Shown: positions 25,298 to 38,265 of the stretch, in pieces | How the letters are laid out: every line of letters begins with the position of its first letter | Numbering within the stretch: the stretch's first letter is position 1 | NCBI GenBank assembly: GCA_051530055.1 | Contig: CM121341.1 | Location: forward strand, 7,046,784 to 7,110,783 | Source of the DNA: Neoechinorhynchus agilis | Taxonomy: Eukaryota > Animalia > Acanthocephala | Length of the DNA stretch: 64,000 nucleotides | Direction: 5' to 3' | Position numbers and translations under genes: made by a program | The notes under the pieces: generated by a model | What the model saw: the letters and a program-made list of their open reading frames with translations, nothing else | Database searches by the model: none | What the model was told of the DNA's origin: nothing

Positions 25298-28124
25298 TTA
25301 ATCAAATTTAAAGTCGAGACCGACTAAATTCTGCCTACAAACCGAAGGTCCGTGTTCATCATATTCCGCTTTTGTATGATACGCCTTCCTGAACGATGGC
25401 TATTCATTTTTTTAAAAAAAGAAGAAGATTGAGCTCGATTCTATTCAGAGTCCGTAAAATGAAATTACCGTATTTGCATAAAGACTACCGCCGAACCAAG
25501 CAGCATATTTTTGCATTGGATGAGAGACGACTTTCACTTGGATCGGTTGCGGCTATTGCAATAGTTAGATTTGGTAATGCGAGCTCAAAAACGCCTTACC
25601 TTTAATGATAATCCGAGCGATTCTTGTTCACTTTGACGTCTATTTACGGCTACTTGAAGATCACGCCTTAGTCTTTTACCGAAATCCTTGAAGAGAGTTG
25701 ATCCACCTGACAGCACAATGTTCTACTCTATCGCTTTATAATAAACGAACATCACAGTGATCCGTCTCACTTTGTAGAGTCCTCGCTTGACATCCGTGGG
25801 ACAACTTTGGATCACCTCGTCAACAACCGTAGCTAGAGATTTGAGATATTCTCCATTAACGAATTCCGGATGAAAGAAAATTTCAGGCGCGAGAAACCGT
25901 TCGTAACCAATGTCTATAGTAAACTGCTGTTTGGTAACATTATTGACCGAATCGTATTGTCGCATGTACTTTTCAGGCTCACGATCGTAACGACCGAATT
26001 CAGTCATAATGTCAGGACAAACGTAACATAAAGATTCCTAGAAGCTAAAAAATTCGGGTTATTTCAAAAATGAGTTACCTTAACAGCTTTGGCTGTCTCG
26101 AGTGATTGCTCGGGCGGAACTAACGTTTCCCTTTCCCTAATAAGATTCTGAACGAAAGATGTTATATCTCTGCCTGATATCGGCATTCTCTTAATGCAGC
26201 TCCCTAAAACCCAGTCTCAAAAAAACAGTCCATTAAAATCAGAAGAAAACTAACCAATCACATATCCTTCAACTACTGGAACGACGTGAGTAACTCCGTC
26301 ACCACAATCAACCACCGTACCAGTGTATCCAGCAGGAGTTCCGCTAATGACTACATCATCATCACTACTGACCGTCTCGCCGTTTTTACGGGTTAACCAT
26401 GAAGCCAAGAGAGCGAGGATAGCTTGCTCGCCAATAAAAAGACCCGACACATTAAAGGTTTCGAACATTATCTCAGCCAGATTTTCTCTACTCTCCGGTC
26501 CACTTAAAGGAGACTCGGTCATTAGGAACAGGTAATCGTCCGGATCACACCGAAGATACTCGTACATGCAACGACCGAGATAGCGTTCCATCATGTCCCA
26601 GTCTTCGACTACTCCATGCCGAATGGGATATTTCATATTGTAATGATCATCCACGAAAAAAAGTGTCAAAATTTGATATTTGTGTGAAAATTTTTTTGCT
26701 AAAGCTCCCATAGGAAAGGCAATACATCTTTATATCCCTCAAAAATGCGAGTTGGCTACATTCTTTGTTGTTGTTGCTGCAGCGATTAACCATTCAAAAA
26801 AATCTCGGTTACAAATTCTGATTGGTCCGACGGCTTTAATTGTTTCAGTGAAGAGAGAGAGGTTAAAAAATGTAAATCGAGGTATTTGTATTTCTCCCTT
26901 TATTTCAGCGATGTCCTTCTGCAAACGGGTAAAAATCTATTTGAAAAAGGATATTTGCGGCCGGCATTTCGCATAAATCGATGGAACTTCAACAAGAAGT
27001 CATCATTAACAATTTCTCAGAGGTTAGAACATCTTTTTTGAGATGAAAGTTTTGTAATACGTCTAAGTGGTTCGTTGATTCCCGCGTAAAAAATGCGAGT
27101 TGACTACATTCTTTGTTGTTGTTGTTGCTGCAGCGATTAACCATTCAAAAAAAACTCGTTACAAATTCTGATTGGTCCGACGGCTTTAATTGTTTCAGTG
27201 AAGAGAGAGAGGTTAAAAAATGTAAATCGAGGTATTTGTATTTCTCCCTTTATTTCAGCATGTCCTTCTCAAACGGGTAAAAATCTATTTGAAAAAGGAT
27301 ATTTGCGGCCGGCATTTCGCATAAATCGATGGAACTTCAACAAGAAGTCATCATTAACAATTTCTCAGAGGTTAGAACATCTTTTTTGAGATGAAAGTTT
27401 GTAATACGTCTAAGTGGTTCGTTGATTCCCGCGTAAAAAATGCGAGTTGACTACATTCTTTGTTGTTGTTGCTGCGATTAACCATTCAAAAAAAATCTCG
27501 GTTACAAATTCTGATTGGTCCGACGGCTTTAATTGTCTCAGTGAAGAGAGAGAGGTTAAAAAAAGTAGATCGAGAAGGATCCACGCCTTTTTTCGGCGGT
27601 GTCCATTCTCTTTCTGGATGACTGATTCTCTGATACAAAAAATAGAGTTGGCTACATTCTTTGTTGTTGTTGCGATTAACCATTTTCAAAAAGCTCGTTG
27701 AAACATTCTGCGATGGTTGGAAGACATGATCAAACCCTAAGAAAAGACGATCATTGCGATTACAGTAACCTAAGAGATTGTTTTCAATGGTGGGGATGCA
27801 GATGGAACTAACCGGGTCTCTCGGTCAGGTCATCTCCAATAGTGAAATCAAGGTCTTCGAGCGCCATTAGTCCTGATTTTCTTGTAGTTCCCATCGGACT
27901 ATCCCTAACCAAAAGCGCTAAACGATTCTGAATTAGAAATGAGACACAAAACGGAGCTGACCTGTAGGAATAACGAAATTCGGTTCCATGTTTCCAGCAT
28001 ATCCAAGTTTTGTGAACCTGTAATTGAGGATCGGAAGGAAAAGCAAAAACCCGTTTTAAAAAACATCTAACCCACTTCCTAGATCAATAACTATTGGTGG
28101 CAGTTGGGCAGCCAATGGATCCAT
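25298..28124 (-). CDS. ACTR3: Actin-related protein 3, interrupted by an exonic insertion
   Basis: IVIDLGSG|[94 protein letters not shown] and [10 protein letters not shown]. All other introns are GT-AG. Confidence 0.95.
26644..27764. mobile_element. 1121-bp insertion with TG...CA termini and a 4-bp target-site duplication (GTAA), containing ~347-bp tandem repeats
   Basis: GTAA at 26640-26643 and 27765-27768. Removing the element plus one copy restores [14 protein letters not shown]. Internal repeat starts near 26741, 27088 and 27436. Confidence 0.75.
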
Positions 28125-28132
28125 CTGAAGAT

Positions 28133-29277
28133 TTAGGATTTAAGCTGAACTTTGAGCAACAACAAAAAACGAGGCAACCATTCATTTTCGAAAATACACT
28201 TAAACTCGTTGCAACTTAGACGGCCGTCCAGGTCAGCGTCAAACGAAGAAATCATGTTCACAATGTCAGCATCCTTCACATCCGTGTTTCCGAGTTCATT
28301 AGCCACTTTTCTAAGATCTGAGAAGCTGATGTATCCATCGTTGTCTGAGTCGAAGAACCGGAAGGCTTCGGTGGTCATACCTGATTCGTTTGTTTCCGTT
28401 GAAATATATTCTTTAACGATTTGAGTAAACGTTAAGAGTGATCTTTGTGCTTCTCGGTAAGAAAATACACAGTATTTGGAAGCAAAAGGAAACTGCTAAG
28501 ATTCAATCGAATTCTGAGACAACTTCGGGACCAAACAGTTCAGTGGGAAAGAAACTTTTTCTTTTTTATCTACTCAAATACGATTGCTAAGAAAAATTTG
28601 TCCTTTGTAGTTTCAGGAGTCGGTAGAGTGGCCATAAAAAAAAGAGAAATTCGAATGAATCGATTCGTCTTGCTCGGTCGAAGCAACAAAACAATTTTTA
28701 TCAGAGAACCGGCGATATCCGGGGGTTCCCATCGGAACTTTACAAAAATTGAGTCTTTAAAGAAAAATTTAGGTCAATTTGTAGATGATTTTAGATTAAA
28801 ACTTTAAATATAATATTCTAAGGCAGCTCTACATTTTTCAAAACTCTCGCTATTGAGATGATTGGTACCGTCGGACACTGCTGGATGCTTCTTTGATGCA
28901 ATGAAAGATAAAATTGATCTCTTGTTAAAAACTACGATTCTCAGACCTTAATTTATGAACCTTTTTAATATTTGCCACTTTTACAAAATAGCAAATCGAA
29001 CTGTTCAAAGCGCTATCGTAAACAAAAACATGACACTTTCGACTTGAATTCCCAAAAGAGCACTCAAGCCTCGATTAAACTCGTTAAAATCCACCAATTT
29101 TGAGCGACTACATTTCCCAGTAATCTCCTGGATGAAATCACGTCCGACTTTAATCCCCAAAGCTTGTAAGGCAGCCCTAAATTCCTCATGGTCCAAAAAT
29201 CCGTCCTTGTTTGTGTCGAATAAATGAAAGCATTCATTCAAATGCCGGTCATGATCGTAAATTGATTGATTTGGCAT
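28133..29277 (-). CDS. Centrin/calmodulin-like four-EF-hand protein
   Basis: FHLFDTNKDGFLDHEEF, VDFNEF, AFRFFDSDNDGYISFSDLRKVANELG and FDADLDGRLSCNEF. The two halves are separated by ~650 bp and the exact junction is ambiguous. Confidence 0.8.
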
Positions 29278-30039
29278 TTAATCACCAATGAAAATCTGAA
29301 ACGTTTTCAAGATGTTTTCAAAAAAGTTGGTTTTAGACAACAATCCAATTGAAGAATTTATTAAATCAAATTAAGATAATCCCATCAATGACCGATAATC
29401 GATGACGTAATGATTACGGAAGAATCGTAAACATTCACGAGCTCAATAAGTTAAAGCGATAAATAAACGTCCAAGTTAGACTTGCATTTAGAAGCCAAAT
29501 TATAGAACTTGAGGTAAAAAGAGCACATTTCTCGTTTGGGATTTAAGAAAATGGGAAATTTAAATTAAAATGCACACTTTAACAGCTTTTTCGATCACTT
29601 TTTTCGAATCGACTAAAATATTGCATTTTTTCTATCGATGACGTATTGATTACGGAAGAATCGTAAAAAAAGAGAATCGGTCTGTGTTTGTATACATTTT
29701 TTTGCGCCAAAAGCTTATTTTGACTTTTTTCTCCAATAGTTTGTTAAGAATTTTTTTGAACGAAAATCAATAGGCAATTCGTGACGGTCTCAAAAATGTT
29801 TGTTTATGACCATGAAAATTGAAGGAATTTATTAAATCCGATTGTTTTCGGAATTCATGACATTTGCTTGTAAGTTTTTAAACGAGAATGTGGCCAAAAC
29901 AATCGGATTTAACCAAAAATTCGTTTAATCTCATATTTTGATTTGTGGTGCAATGAAAATTGAAGGAATTTTTTTGTTAAACCCGACTGTTTCCGGCAAG
30001 GCACAATCTTTTACGTCTTTCTATTCCTTTCCCGACTAA

Positions 30040-30465
30040 TGGCGACATGCGATCCAGCAGCTTCCTGCTGCAGCGAATCAGCGCGGCCATCAAGGAAGCT
30101 GCCGAACAATCATAGTTGCAGAATTGTGAACGAAAAGCAAATGTAATAATATCACATTTTATTATTAGGAAAATAGAGATTAATTTTATAAATTCAATAT
30201 TTCGTCTGTCTCGTCGGACTTCTTCAAATTGTACCGACGAAAGAGAGAAAGTTATGACCTGAAGAATTTCGACGAGACAGACGAAATGTTAAGATTTAAT
30301 AAAATTAATCTGTATTTTCTCAATCACCAAATATATCAATGAACAACTTCTTTATAACCTCGCCATTCCTATCGGAATCTTCTTTATTTCTTCCTATGGA
30401 ATCTTTCAAATTTCTCTTATCCAACGCGGCCATCAAGGAAGTTGACGAACAACCATAGTTGAAGC
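30040..30465 (+). mobile_element. Two short 3'-end remnants of the CRE-like retrotransposon family found at 47797-48880
   Basis: ggcgaca...tccagcagcttcctg...cgaatcagcgcggccatcaaggaagctgc (~30040-30105) and atccaacgcggccatcaaggaag (~30419) match the reverse complement of 47805-47885. Confidence 0.75.
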
Positions 30466-31151
30466 AAATGTAATGATTGTTAACTATGGAATTTTTTTGT
30501 TTGTATATTTATTATGCTATTTCTCTTAGTTTTACCAAAATCCACTGTAAGCCTAGCCGTCCTCAATTGTCTGCAGTGTTGCCTCTCAACACGGCGATGC
30601 TGATTTTTTGAACCAGGTATTGACCGGAAAAAATAGTCCTTCAATTTTCATTGCATAACAAATCAAAATATGAGAATAATGCAGTATTCAAACACTTTTT
30701 TCACTACGACAAAATTTTTTAAATTGGACAACATTTTTTTGTTAATTAATAATAAAGTACAAAACGTGCAATCACCACCGTCCACAAAATCTTAGCTTCT
30801 CTCATTCCTCGGCTGTCGCTATCACGCTGGCAGCATTGCCCCGTTGTAATGCGAGCGAGATATTTTTTCGCAGGAAGTCTGCGGCAAGCCCCAATTTCGT
30901 GTCCGATAAAAAGTGAAAACTACGTTAATGATTCTTCCGTATCGAACGTCATCATTGATGACGAAATGTATTTGGCAATTAATGAATATAATCGATTGTT
31001 CTCGTCATAGAAAATACACGTGACCGTCACGTGAATTTTGTTTCCTATTTTTGCGGTTTCATCGTCGAGACTTCTTTTTTTTGGTTGTTGTTGTTGGCGA
31101 TATCGTTAAATCGAAGAACGTTTAAGAATTTTGCATATTTTTTGTAGATTA

Positions 31152-32745
31152 ATGCTAGGAACGTTCAATACATCGGTCATTGAAGACGTCCACGTTAAAG
31201 ATAATCCAGGATACATTACATTCCTGGACGACCGAATTTTCTGGACATCATTTGACGAGGACCGATCAAAGCAGATTGTCATTTCGGCTAGTAACGTTAT
31301 AAGCGTCCGAGTGACTCCCAATTCGAAATCGGTTCAACAGATTGCAATTAAACGAAGTGACCAAGAGGAGGAAACCGTGTTTAAGATGGGAATGGACACG
31401 TCTTTGAAGGACCGAATAAAATCGAAAAACAGTATCATTGATGGACTAAAGTCAATGATGAAAATGAAATCTAACGATTTGGAAAGTATTCATTTGCAGA
31501 AAATAAGAACGGGAATACTAGGTTCGAATAAGCAACTTCTGGCATTATATGATCAATTGGTTGTAGGTGGTGTGATTAGTAATAATCGATTCTGGGATGA
31601 ATACGTCGACGTAAGTTTTCTTTTTGAATTTACTATTGTTTTTGATTGATTGATTGTCAAGGAAGCATCTATAACAGCCATGAAAACATCTCAAAAACGA
31701 ATAATTCCTTCAGGTCTCGCTACAACAATGCCAACTTCAATATCTGAAGATGGAAATACCGTAGTGAACTTAAGTCCTGATGTAATTTCAACTATATTTC
31801 AACTCAATCCTAAGGCTCAAAAGAAATATCTTCAAAATGTACCTAAAAAGATGAGTGATAATGAGTTCTGGGCTGATTACCTGAAATGTCTGATGGCTAA
31901 CAATGGAAATCATTGGGATGCACTTAAACTTCAATTGGGCGATACTCAAAAGTCCATTCGTGATGCCATTGAGGAGAATAAAGATGCCGTAGAGGAGATA
32001 CGTAGAAATCTGGACGGTAACGATGGAGCACACAAAACGGTTAGTTTTGTTTTTGTTTAACGGGTTTTTTAGTGGTTTTTAGAAATCCAATGAGAAAACG
32101 GAATTCAATTTATCGCAAGCAATAAACCTTCATTCAATTCGAATGTTAAAAAACATTGATCCTTGCCCATTGTCATCGATGAAATCACCTCCAACGATAC
32201 CTCCATGGCGACGAAAGCGATACTACAACAGCACTTGGGCAGAAGACAACGAACGAAAGCTAGTTCCTTTCTATCAAACTAAAATTGATATAGAAGTTAA
32301 ACCAGTAAGTTTATTTGCACGTAGAATATCAGAGGAATTGTCGGAAAGATGGAAACCGTCGTTTAACGCTAAAAAAACAGCCCGTTTGACCGTTGAGAGG
32401 TTTAAAGAAGACGCTGAAGTAGCTAAGAAATCCAGACTGAGGGACAATGAAAGGATCATAGAGATTGAACCGGCCGTAGAGCAAATGGTAGTGGCATCAA
32501 ATGAAATGCTTACACATTTCTGGCGGTGTTTTCCAGCCACAAACCCAGCTCTATTTGATAAGGTAACCAAAATTGGTTCAGAGTTGATCAAATTTAGAAA
32601 TGAAAAAGTAGTCGTTATGATAAACAAAACATGCGATAAAACGAACATGGCAGCTCTTGCACAATCTCTTGATATGCTCAATACTGCGTTAAAAGCTCTT
32701 AAAAGGTTCCAGAAACTAGAAAATGGTGATGCGCACGAACACTAA
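31152..32745 (+). CDS. GTF2H1: TFIIH subunit p62
   Basis: PH-like N-terminus, two BSD-type repeats (LYDQLVVGGVISNNRFW; IFQLNPKAQKKYLQNVPKKMSDNEFW) and C-terminal EMLTHFWRCFP. GT-AG introns near 31611-31660 and 32040-32082 join the three ORFs in frame. Confidence 0.88.
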
Positions 32746-32929
32746 AAGTGGATTGTGCGAACAAAAAAGATTGTTGTTTTTGTAAATAAAGTGTACAGTA
32801 GACCGTGAACGTTTCAAAAGCAATCGCTGAAGAATATCCGAGATTGTGGATCGAAATATCCAATAAAATCTTAATTTCATTTATCTCTCTCCTATCGACA
32901 AACTAAAAATGAATTATCTTTTCAACAAA

Positions 32930-34793
32930 AAGAGAGAGGTAAATCCGAGGGCAGAAGGTGATTTTTTCTTTGAAAAAGAAAAGCGAGAAATCGATCCGTG
33001 AAAATCAAAGATTGCTCGTGAGAGTTCGCCTTATAGAGGAAAAAGAGAGAAATTCTTATCGGAGGTCGCATTGAGTAACTTTTAGAATACTTCAATCATT
33101 TTGATGTGTTTTCTGTGGTTAAAAATAAGAACATTTCAAAAAAATCCACAAAAAAAGATATAAATCCGAGGGCAGAAGGTGATTTTTTCTTTGAAAAAGA
33201 AAAGCGAGAAATCGATCCGTGAAAATCAAAGATTGCTCGTGAGAGTTCGCCTTATAGAGGAAAAAGAGAGAAATTCTTATCGGAGGTCGCATTGAGTAAC
33301 TTTTAGAATACTTCAATCATTTTGATGTGTTTTCTGTGGTTAAAAATAAGAACATTTCAAAAAAATCCACAAAAAGAGGTAAATCCGAGGGCAGAAGGTG
33401 ATTTTTTTTGAAAAAGAAAGCGAGAAATCGATCCGTGAAAATCAAAGATTGCTCGTGAGAGTTCGCCTTATAGAGGAAAAAGAGAGAAATTCTTATCGGA
33501 GGTCGCATTGAGAACTTTTAGAATACTTCAATCATTTTGATGTGTTTTCTGTGGTTAAAAATAAGAACATTTCAAAAAATCCACAAAAAGAGGTAAATCC
33601 GAGGGCAGAAGGTGATTTTTTCTTTAAAAAGAAAAGCGAGAAATCGATCCGTGAAAATCAAAGATTGCTCGTGAGAGTTCGCCTTATAGAGGAAAAAGAG
33701 AGAAATTCTTATCGGAGGTCGCATTGAGTAACTTTTAGAATACTTCAATCATTTTGATGTGTTTTCTGTGGTTAAAAATAAGAACATTTCAAAAAAATCC
33801 ACAAAAAGAGGTAAATCCGAGGGCAGAAGGTGATTTTTTCTTTGAAAAAGAAAAGCGAGAAATCGATCCGTGAAAATCAAAGATTGCTCGTGAGAGTTCG
33901 CTTATGCTCGTGAGAGTTCGCCTTATAGAGGAAAAAGAGAGAAATTTATCGGAGGTCGCATTATAACTTTTAGAATACTTCAATCATTTTGATGTGTTTT
34001 CTGTGGTTAAAAATAAGAACATTTCAAAAAAATCCACAAAAAGAGATATAAATCCGAGGGCAGAAGGTGATTTTTTCTTTGAAAAAGAAAAGCGAGAAAT
34101 CGATCCGTGAAAATCAAAGATTGCTCGTGAGAGTTCGCCTTATAGAGGAAAAAGAGAGAAATTCTTATCGGAGGTCGCATTGAGTAACTTTTAGAATACT
34201 TCAATCATTTTGATGTGTTTTCTGTGGTTAAAAATAAGAACATTTCAAAAAAATCCACAAAAAGAGGTAAATCCGAGGGCAGAAGGTGATTTTTTCTTTG
34301 AAAAAGAAAAGCGAGAAATCGATCCGTGAAAATCAAAGATTGCTCGTGAGAGTTCGCCTTATAGAGGAAAAAGAGAGAAATTCTTATCGGAGGTCGCATT
34401 GAGTAACTTTTAGAATACTTCAATCATTTTGATGTGTTTTCTGTGGTTAAAAATAAGAACATTTCAAAAAAATCCACAAAAAGAGGTAAATCCGAGGGCA
34501 GAAGGTGATTTTTTCTTTGAAAAAGAAAAGCGAGAAATCGATCCGTGAAAATCAAAGATTGCTCGTGAGAGTTCGCCTTATAGAGGAAAAAGAGAGAAAT
34601 TCTTATCGGAGGTCGCATTGAGTAACTTTTAGAATACTTCAATCATTTTGATGTGTTTTCTGTGGTTAAAAATGAGAACATTTCAAAAAAATCCACAAAA
34701 AGAGGTAAATCCGAGGGAAGGCGATTTTTCTTTGAAAAAGAAAAGCGAGAACTCGATCCGTGAAAATCAAAGATTGCTCGTGAGAGTTCGTCT
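32930..34793. repeat. Tandem array, 219-bp monomer, ~8.5 copies
   Basis: aaatccgaggg at 32941, 33162, 33381, 33595, 33813, 34050, 34269, 34488 and 34707. Confidence 0.97.
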
Positions 34794-34863
34794 TAGGAAA
34801 AAGAAATTCTCAAACCTTGAAAAACATCCGAATGATTTTTAATATCTATTGATAGAGATTTTT

Positions 34864-35418
34864 TCAGAAGTCTTGTGATTTTCGAACGCATTCATGAACC
34901 CTTCGTTTAAATCCCTGATAATCGTCCCTGAATTGTTTCGCAGCATCTACATTGGCCGGACTTTCGTCATTTGGATCAGAGAGCATGCTGATCACCGAAA
35001 CAAGAATCGTTTCTACGGTATGAACGGGTAGCCATCGTTCACAAGCGGTTTCGTATCCAAATTGGTCATCGCCGGGTTCATGGAGGATGCTAATGCACAC
35101 TTTACCGTCCGTACCAATATTCGGATGCCATATTTCACTGGTAAACGTCATTTTAGGCGGCCGCATTGGATAATCCACTGGGAAATGGAGAACTGCTTTA
35201 AAAAATCCACCCTCGTAAGGTGTCTGAGGTGGACCAATCACAACTACATTCCAAACGTAAATGTCGTCATCGTTCGCTAATCCAGCCGAGAACCCGGCAT
35301 CAGGGTCTTTGAGCAAGTCCCGCAGTTGCTTCTGTAAAAGGACCGTAGACCGACGGGCCACCGGATCGCTTATTTCATTCGTGGCTCGCATCCGATAACC
35401 GTGCTGACCTGAGCTCAT
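34864..35418 (-). CDS. UBE2G1: Ubiquitin-conjugating enzyme E2 G1 (Ubc7-like), intronless
   Basis: GFSAGL..DDDIYVW, IGPPQTPYEGGFFKA, WHPNI...GKVCISILHEPGDDQFGYE...ERWLPVHTVETIL and SPANVDAAK. Confidence 0.96.
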   Translation of the reverse strand: MSSGQHGYRMRATNEISDPVARRSTVLLQKQLRDLLKDPDAGFSAGLANDDDIYVWNVVVIGPPQTPYEGGFFKAVLHFPVDYPMRPPKMTFTSEIWHPNIGTDGKVCISILHEPGDDQFGYETACERWLPVHTVETILVSVISMLSDPNDESPANVDAAKQFRDDYQGFKRRVHECVRKSQDF

Positions 35419-35534
35419 CTTTAAACGGAAACCAAAATCGAATCTTTTGTAAAACACTTGTTCCGGTGTTGTTCTTCCGTAACGTTGTCGAAAAACAAAC
35501 AATTGAACGCGTTCGATTTGGGTTTTGTTAGCAA

Positions 35535-37705
35535 AATAATCTCAAACCTTTTTTTTATTAAAGACAAAGAATTTAGCTTTTTTTTTAAATAATCTCAAAC
35601 CTTTTTTTCTTTGAAGACAAAGAGGTTTCGATTTTCTTTTAAAAACCTTTTTTTAAAGACAAAGAATTAGCGATTTTCTGTTTAAAATTCTCAAACTTTT
35701 TATTAAAGACAAGAATTAGCGGTTTCGATTTTCTTTTTCTTTTAGAAAATGATCTCAAACCTTTTTTTTTATTAAAGGCAAAGAATTTTGCGGTTTCGAT
35801 TTTCTGGTTTAAAAATATCTCAAACCTTTTTTCTTAAAGCAAAGAATTTAGCGGTTTGATTTTCTGGTTTAAAAATGATCTCAAACCTTTTTTTTGTTAA
35901 AGACAAAGAATTTAGCGGTTTGATTTTCTTTTATTTTAAAAAATGATCTCAAACCTTTTTTTCTTAAAGACAAAGAATTTAGCGGTTTCGATTTTCTTTT
36001 TCTTTTAGAAAATAATCTCAAACCTTTTTTTCTTTGAAGACAAAGAGGTTTCGATTTTCTGGTTTAAAAGTTAATCTCAAACCTTTTTTTTATTAAAGAC
36101 AAAGAATTTAGCTAAATAATCTCAAACCTTTTTTTTTTGAAGACAAAGAGGTTTCGATTTTCTGGTTTAAAAGTTAATCTCAAACCTTTTTTTTATTAAA
36201 GACAAAGAATTTAGCTTTTTTTTAAATAATCTCAAACCTTTTTTTCTTTGAAGACAAAGAGGTTTCGATTTTCTGGTTTAAAAGTTAATCTCAAACCTTT
36301 TTTTTATTAAAGACAAAGAATTTAGCTTTTTTTTAAATATCTCAAACCTTTTTTTTTTAAGCAAAGAGGTTTCGATTTTCTGTTTTAGAAAATAATCTCA
36401 AACCTTTTTTTATTATTAAAGGCAAAGAATTTTGCGGTTTCGATTTTCTTTTTCTTTTAGAAAATAATCTCAAACCTTCTTTTCTCAAAGACAAAGAATT
36501 TAGCGGTTTGGATTTTTTGGTTTAAAAGTTAATCTCAAACCTTTTTTTATTATTAAAGGCAAAGAATTGAACGGTTTCGATTTTCTTTTTCTTTTAGAAA
36601 ATAATCTCAAACCTTCTTTTCTCAAAGACAAAGAATTTAGCGGTTTCGATTTTCTGGTTTAAAAATGATCTCAAACCTTTTTTTTGTTAAAGACAAAGAA
36701 TTTAGCGGTTTCGATTTTCTGGTTTAAAAATTAATCTCAAACCTTTTTTTTTCTTAAAGACAAAGAATTTAGCGGTTTCGATTTTCTGGTTTAAAAATGA
36801 TCTCAAACCTTTTTTTTTGTTAAAGACAAAGAATTTAGCGGTTTCGATTTTCCTTTTATTTTAAAAAATGATCTCAAACCTTTTTTTCTTAAAGACAAAG
36901 AATTTAGCGGTTTCGATTTTCTTTTTCTTTTAGAAAATAATCTCAAACCTTTTTTTCTTTGAAGACAAAGAGGTTTCGATTTTCTGGTTTAAAAGTTAAT
37001 CTCAAACCTTTTTTTTATTAAAGACAAAGAATTTAGCTTTTTTTTAAATAATCTCAAACCTTTTTTTCTTTGAAGACAAAGAGGTTTCGATTTTCTGGTT
37101 TAAAAGTTAATCTCAAACCTTTTTTTATTAAAGACAAAGAATTTAGCGGTTTCGATTTTCTTTTTATTTTAGAAAATGATCTCAAACCTTTTTTTTAAAG
37201 GCAAAGAATTTTGCGGTTTCGATTTTCTTTTTCTTTTCAAAAATAATCTCAAACCTTTTTTTATTAAAGACAAAGAATTGAACGGTTTCGAGTTTCCTTT
37301 TCTTTTCAAAAATAATCGCAAACCTTCTTTTCTCAAAGACATAGAATTGAACGGTTTCGAGTTTCTTTTTTTCAAAAATAATCTCAAACCTTCTTTTTGT
37401 TAAAGGCAAAGAATTTTGCGGTTTCGATTTTCTTTTTCTTTTAGAAAATGATCTCAAACCTTCTTTTGTTAAAGACAAAGAATTTTGCGGTTTCGGTTTT
37501 CTGGTTTAAAAGTTAATCTCAAACCTTCTTTTCTTAAAGACAAAGAATTGAACGGTTTCGATTTTCTTTTTGTTTAAAAAAACCTTCTTTTCTTAAAGAC
37601 AAAGAATTTAGCGGTTTCGATTTTCTGGTTTAAAAATAATCTCAAACCTTTTTTTGTTAAAGACAAAGAATTTAGCGGGTTCGATTTTCTCTCGTTTTTG
37701 CTCAA
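35535..37705. repeat. Tandem array of ~40-60-bp T-rich variant monomers
   Basis: Recurrent aatctcaaaccttttttt..aaagacaaagaatttagcggtttcgattttct, with shortened variants. Confidence 0.95.
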
Positions 37706-38265
37706 AGTTAATCTCGGCGTTCCTGGACGTATTCTAGAATAGTAAATAAATGAGCGATTTCGATGTGTTTTCCAACAAAAACAACAAAGATTGAACATGT
37801 TAAAATCTGCTTATTCCACAAAGCGCATTTGAATCATTTGTATATCTGTAACGTTTCTCAGCAACGAATTTGTTTTCGGTAATGTTTCCTGTTGCGCTGA
37901 GTCGCAAGCTTCGTAACCTCGCAAAGATTTTTTAACATTAGCCACCGACCAAGCCGAATACTAATTCGAACTCCGATTTCAAAGGACGTATTGATCGGTA
38001 AATACATTTTTGTCTGAATTTAGTTAAAAACGGGGCATAATTCTTCGTTGACAAAACATCAATTTTGACGGTTTGCTAACGTTCAAAACGAAAACATGGC
38101 ATTACGAATGAATGTTTTCGTGTTTTTGTACGTACCTTTCCAAGTCCTGGAGAAAGAGATTTCCGTTAGGGATCAGCTCTATAATGCGAGGCTTTCCGAT
38201 TCCGTCTTAAAAATCGCCACTTCCGCAAATTAATCAATATCTTCAAAAATACACACCAAAATAGA

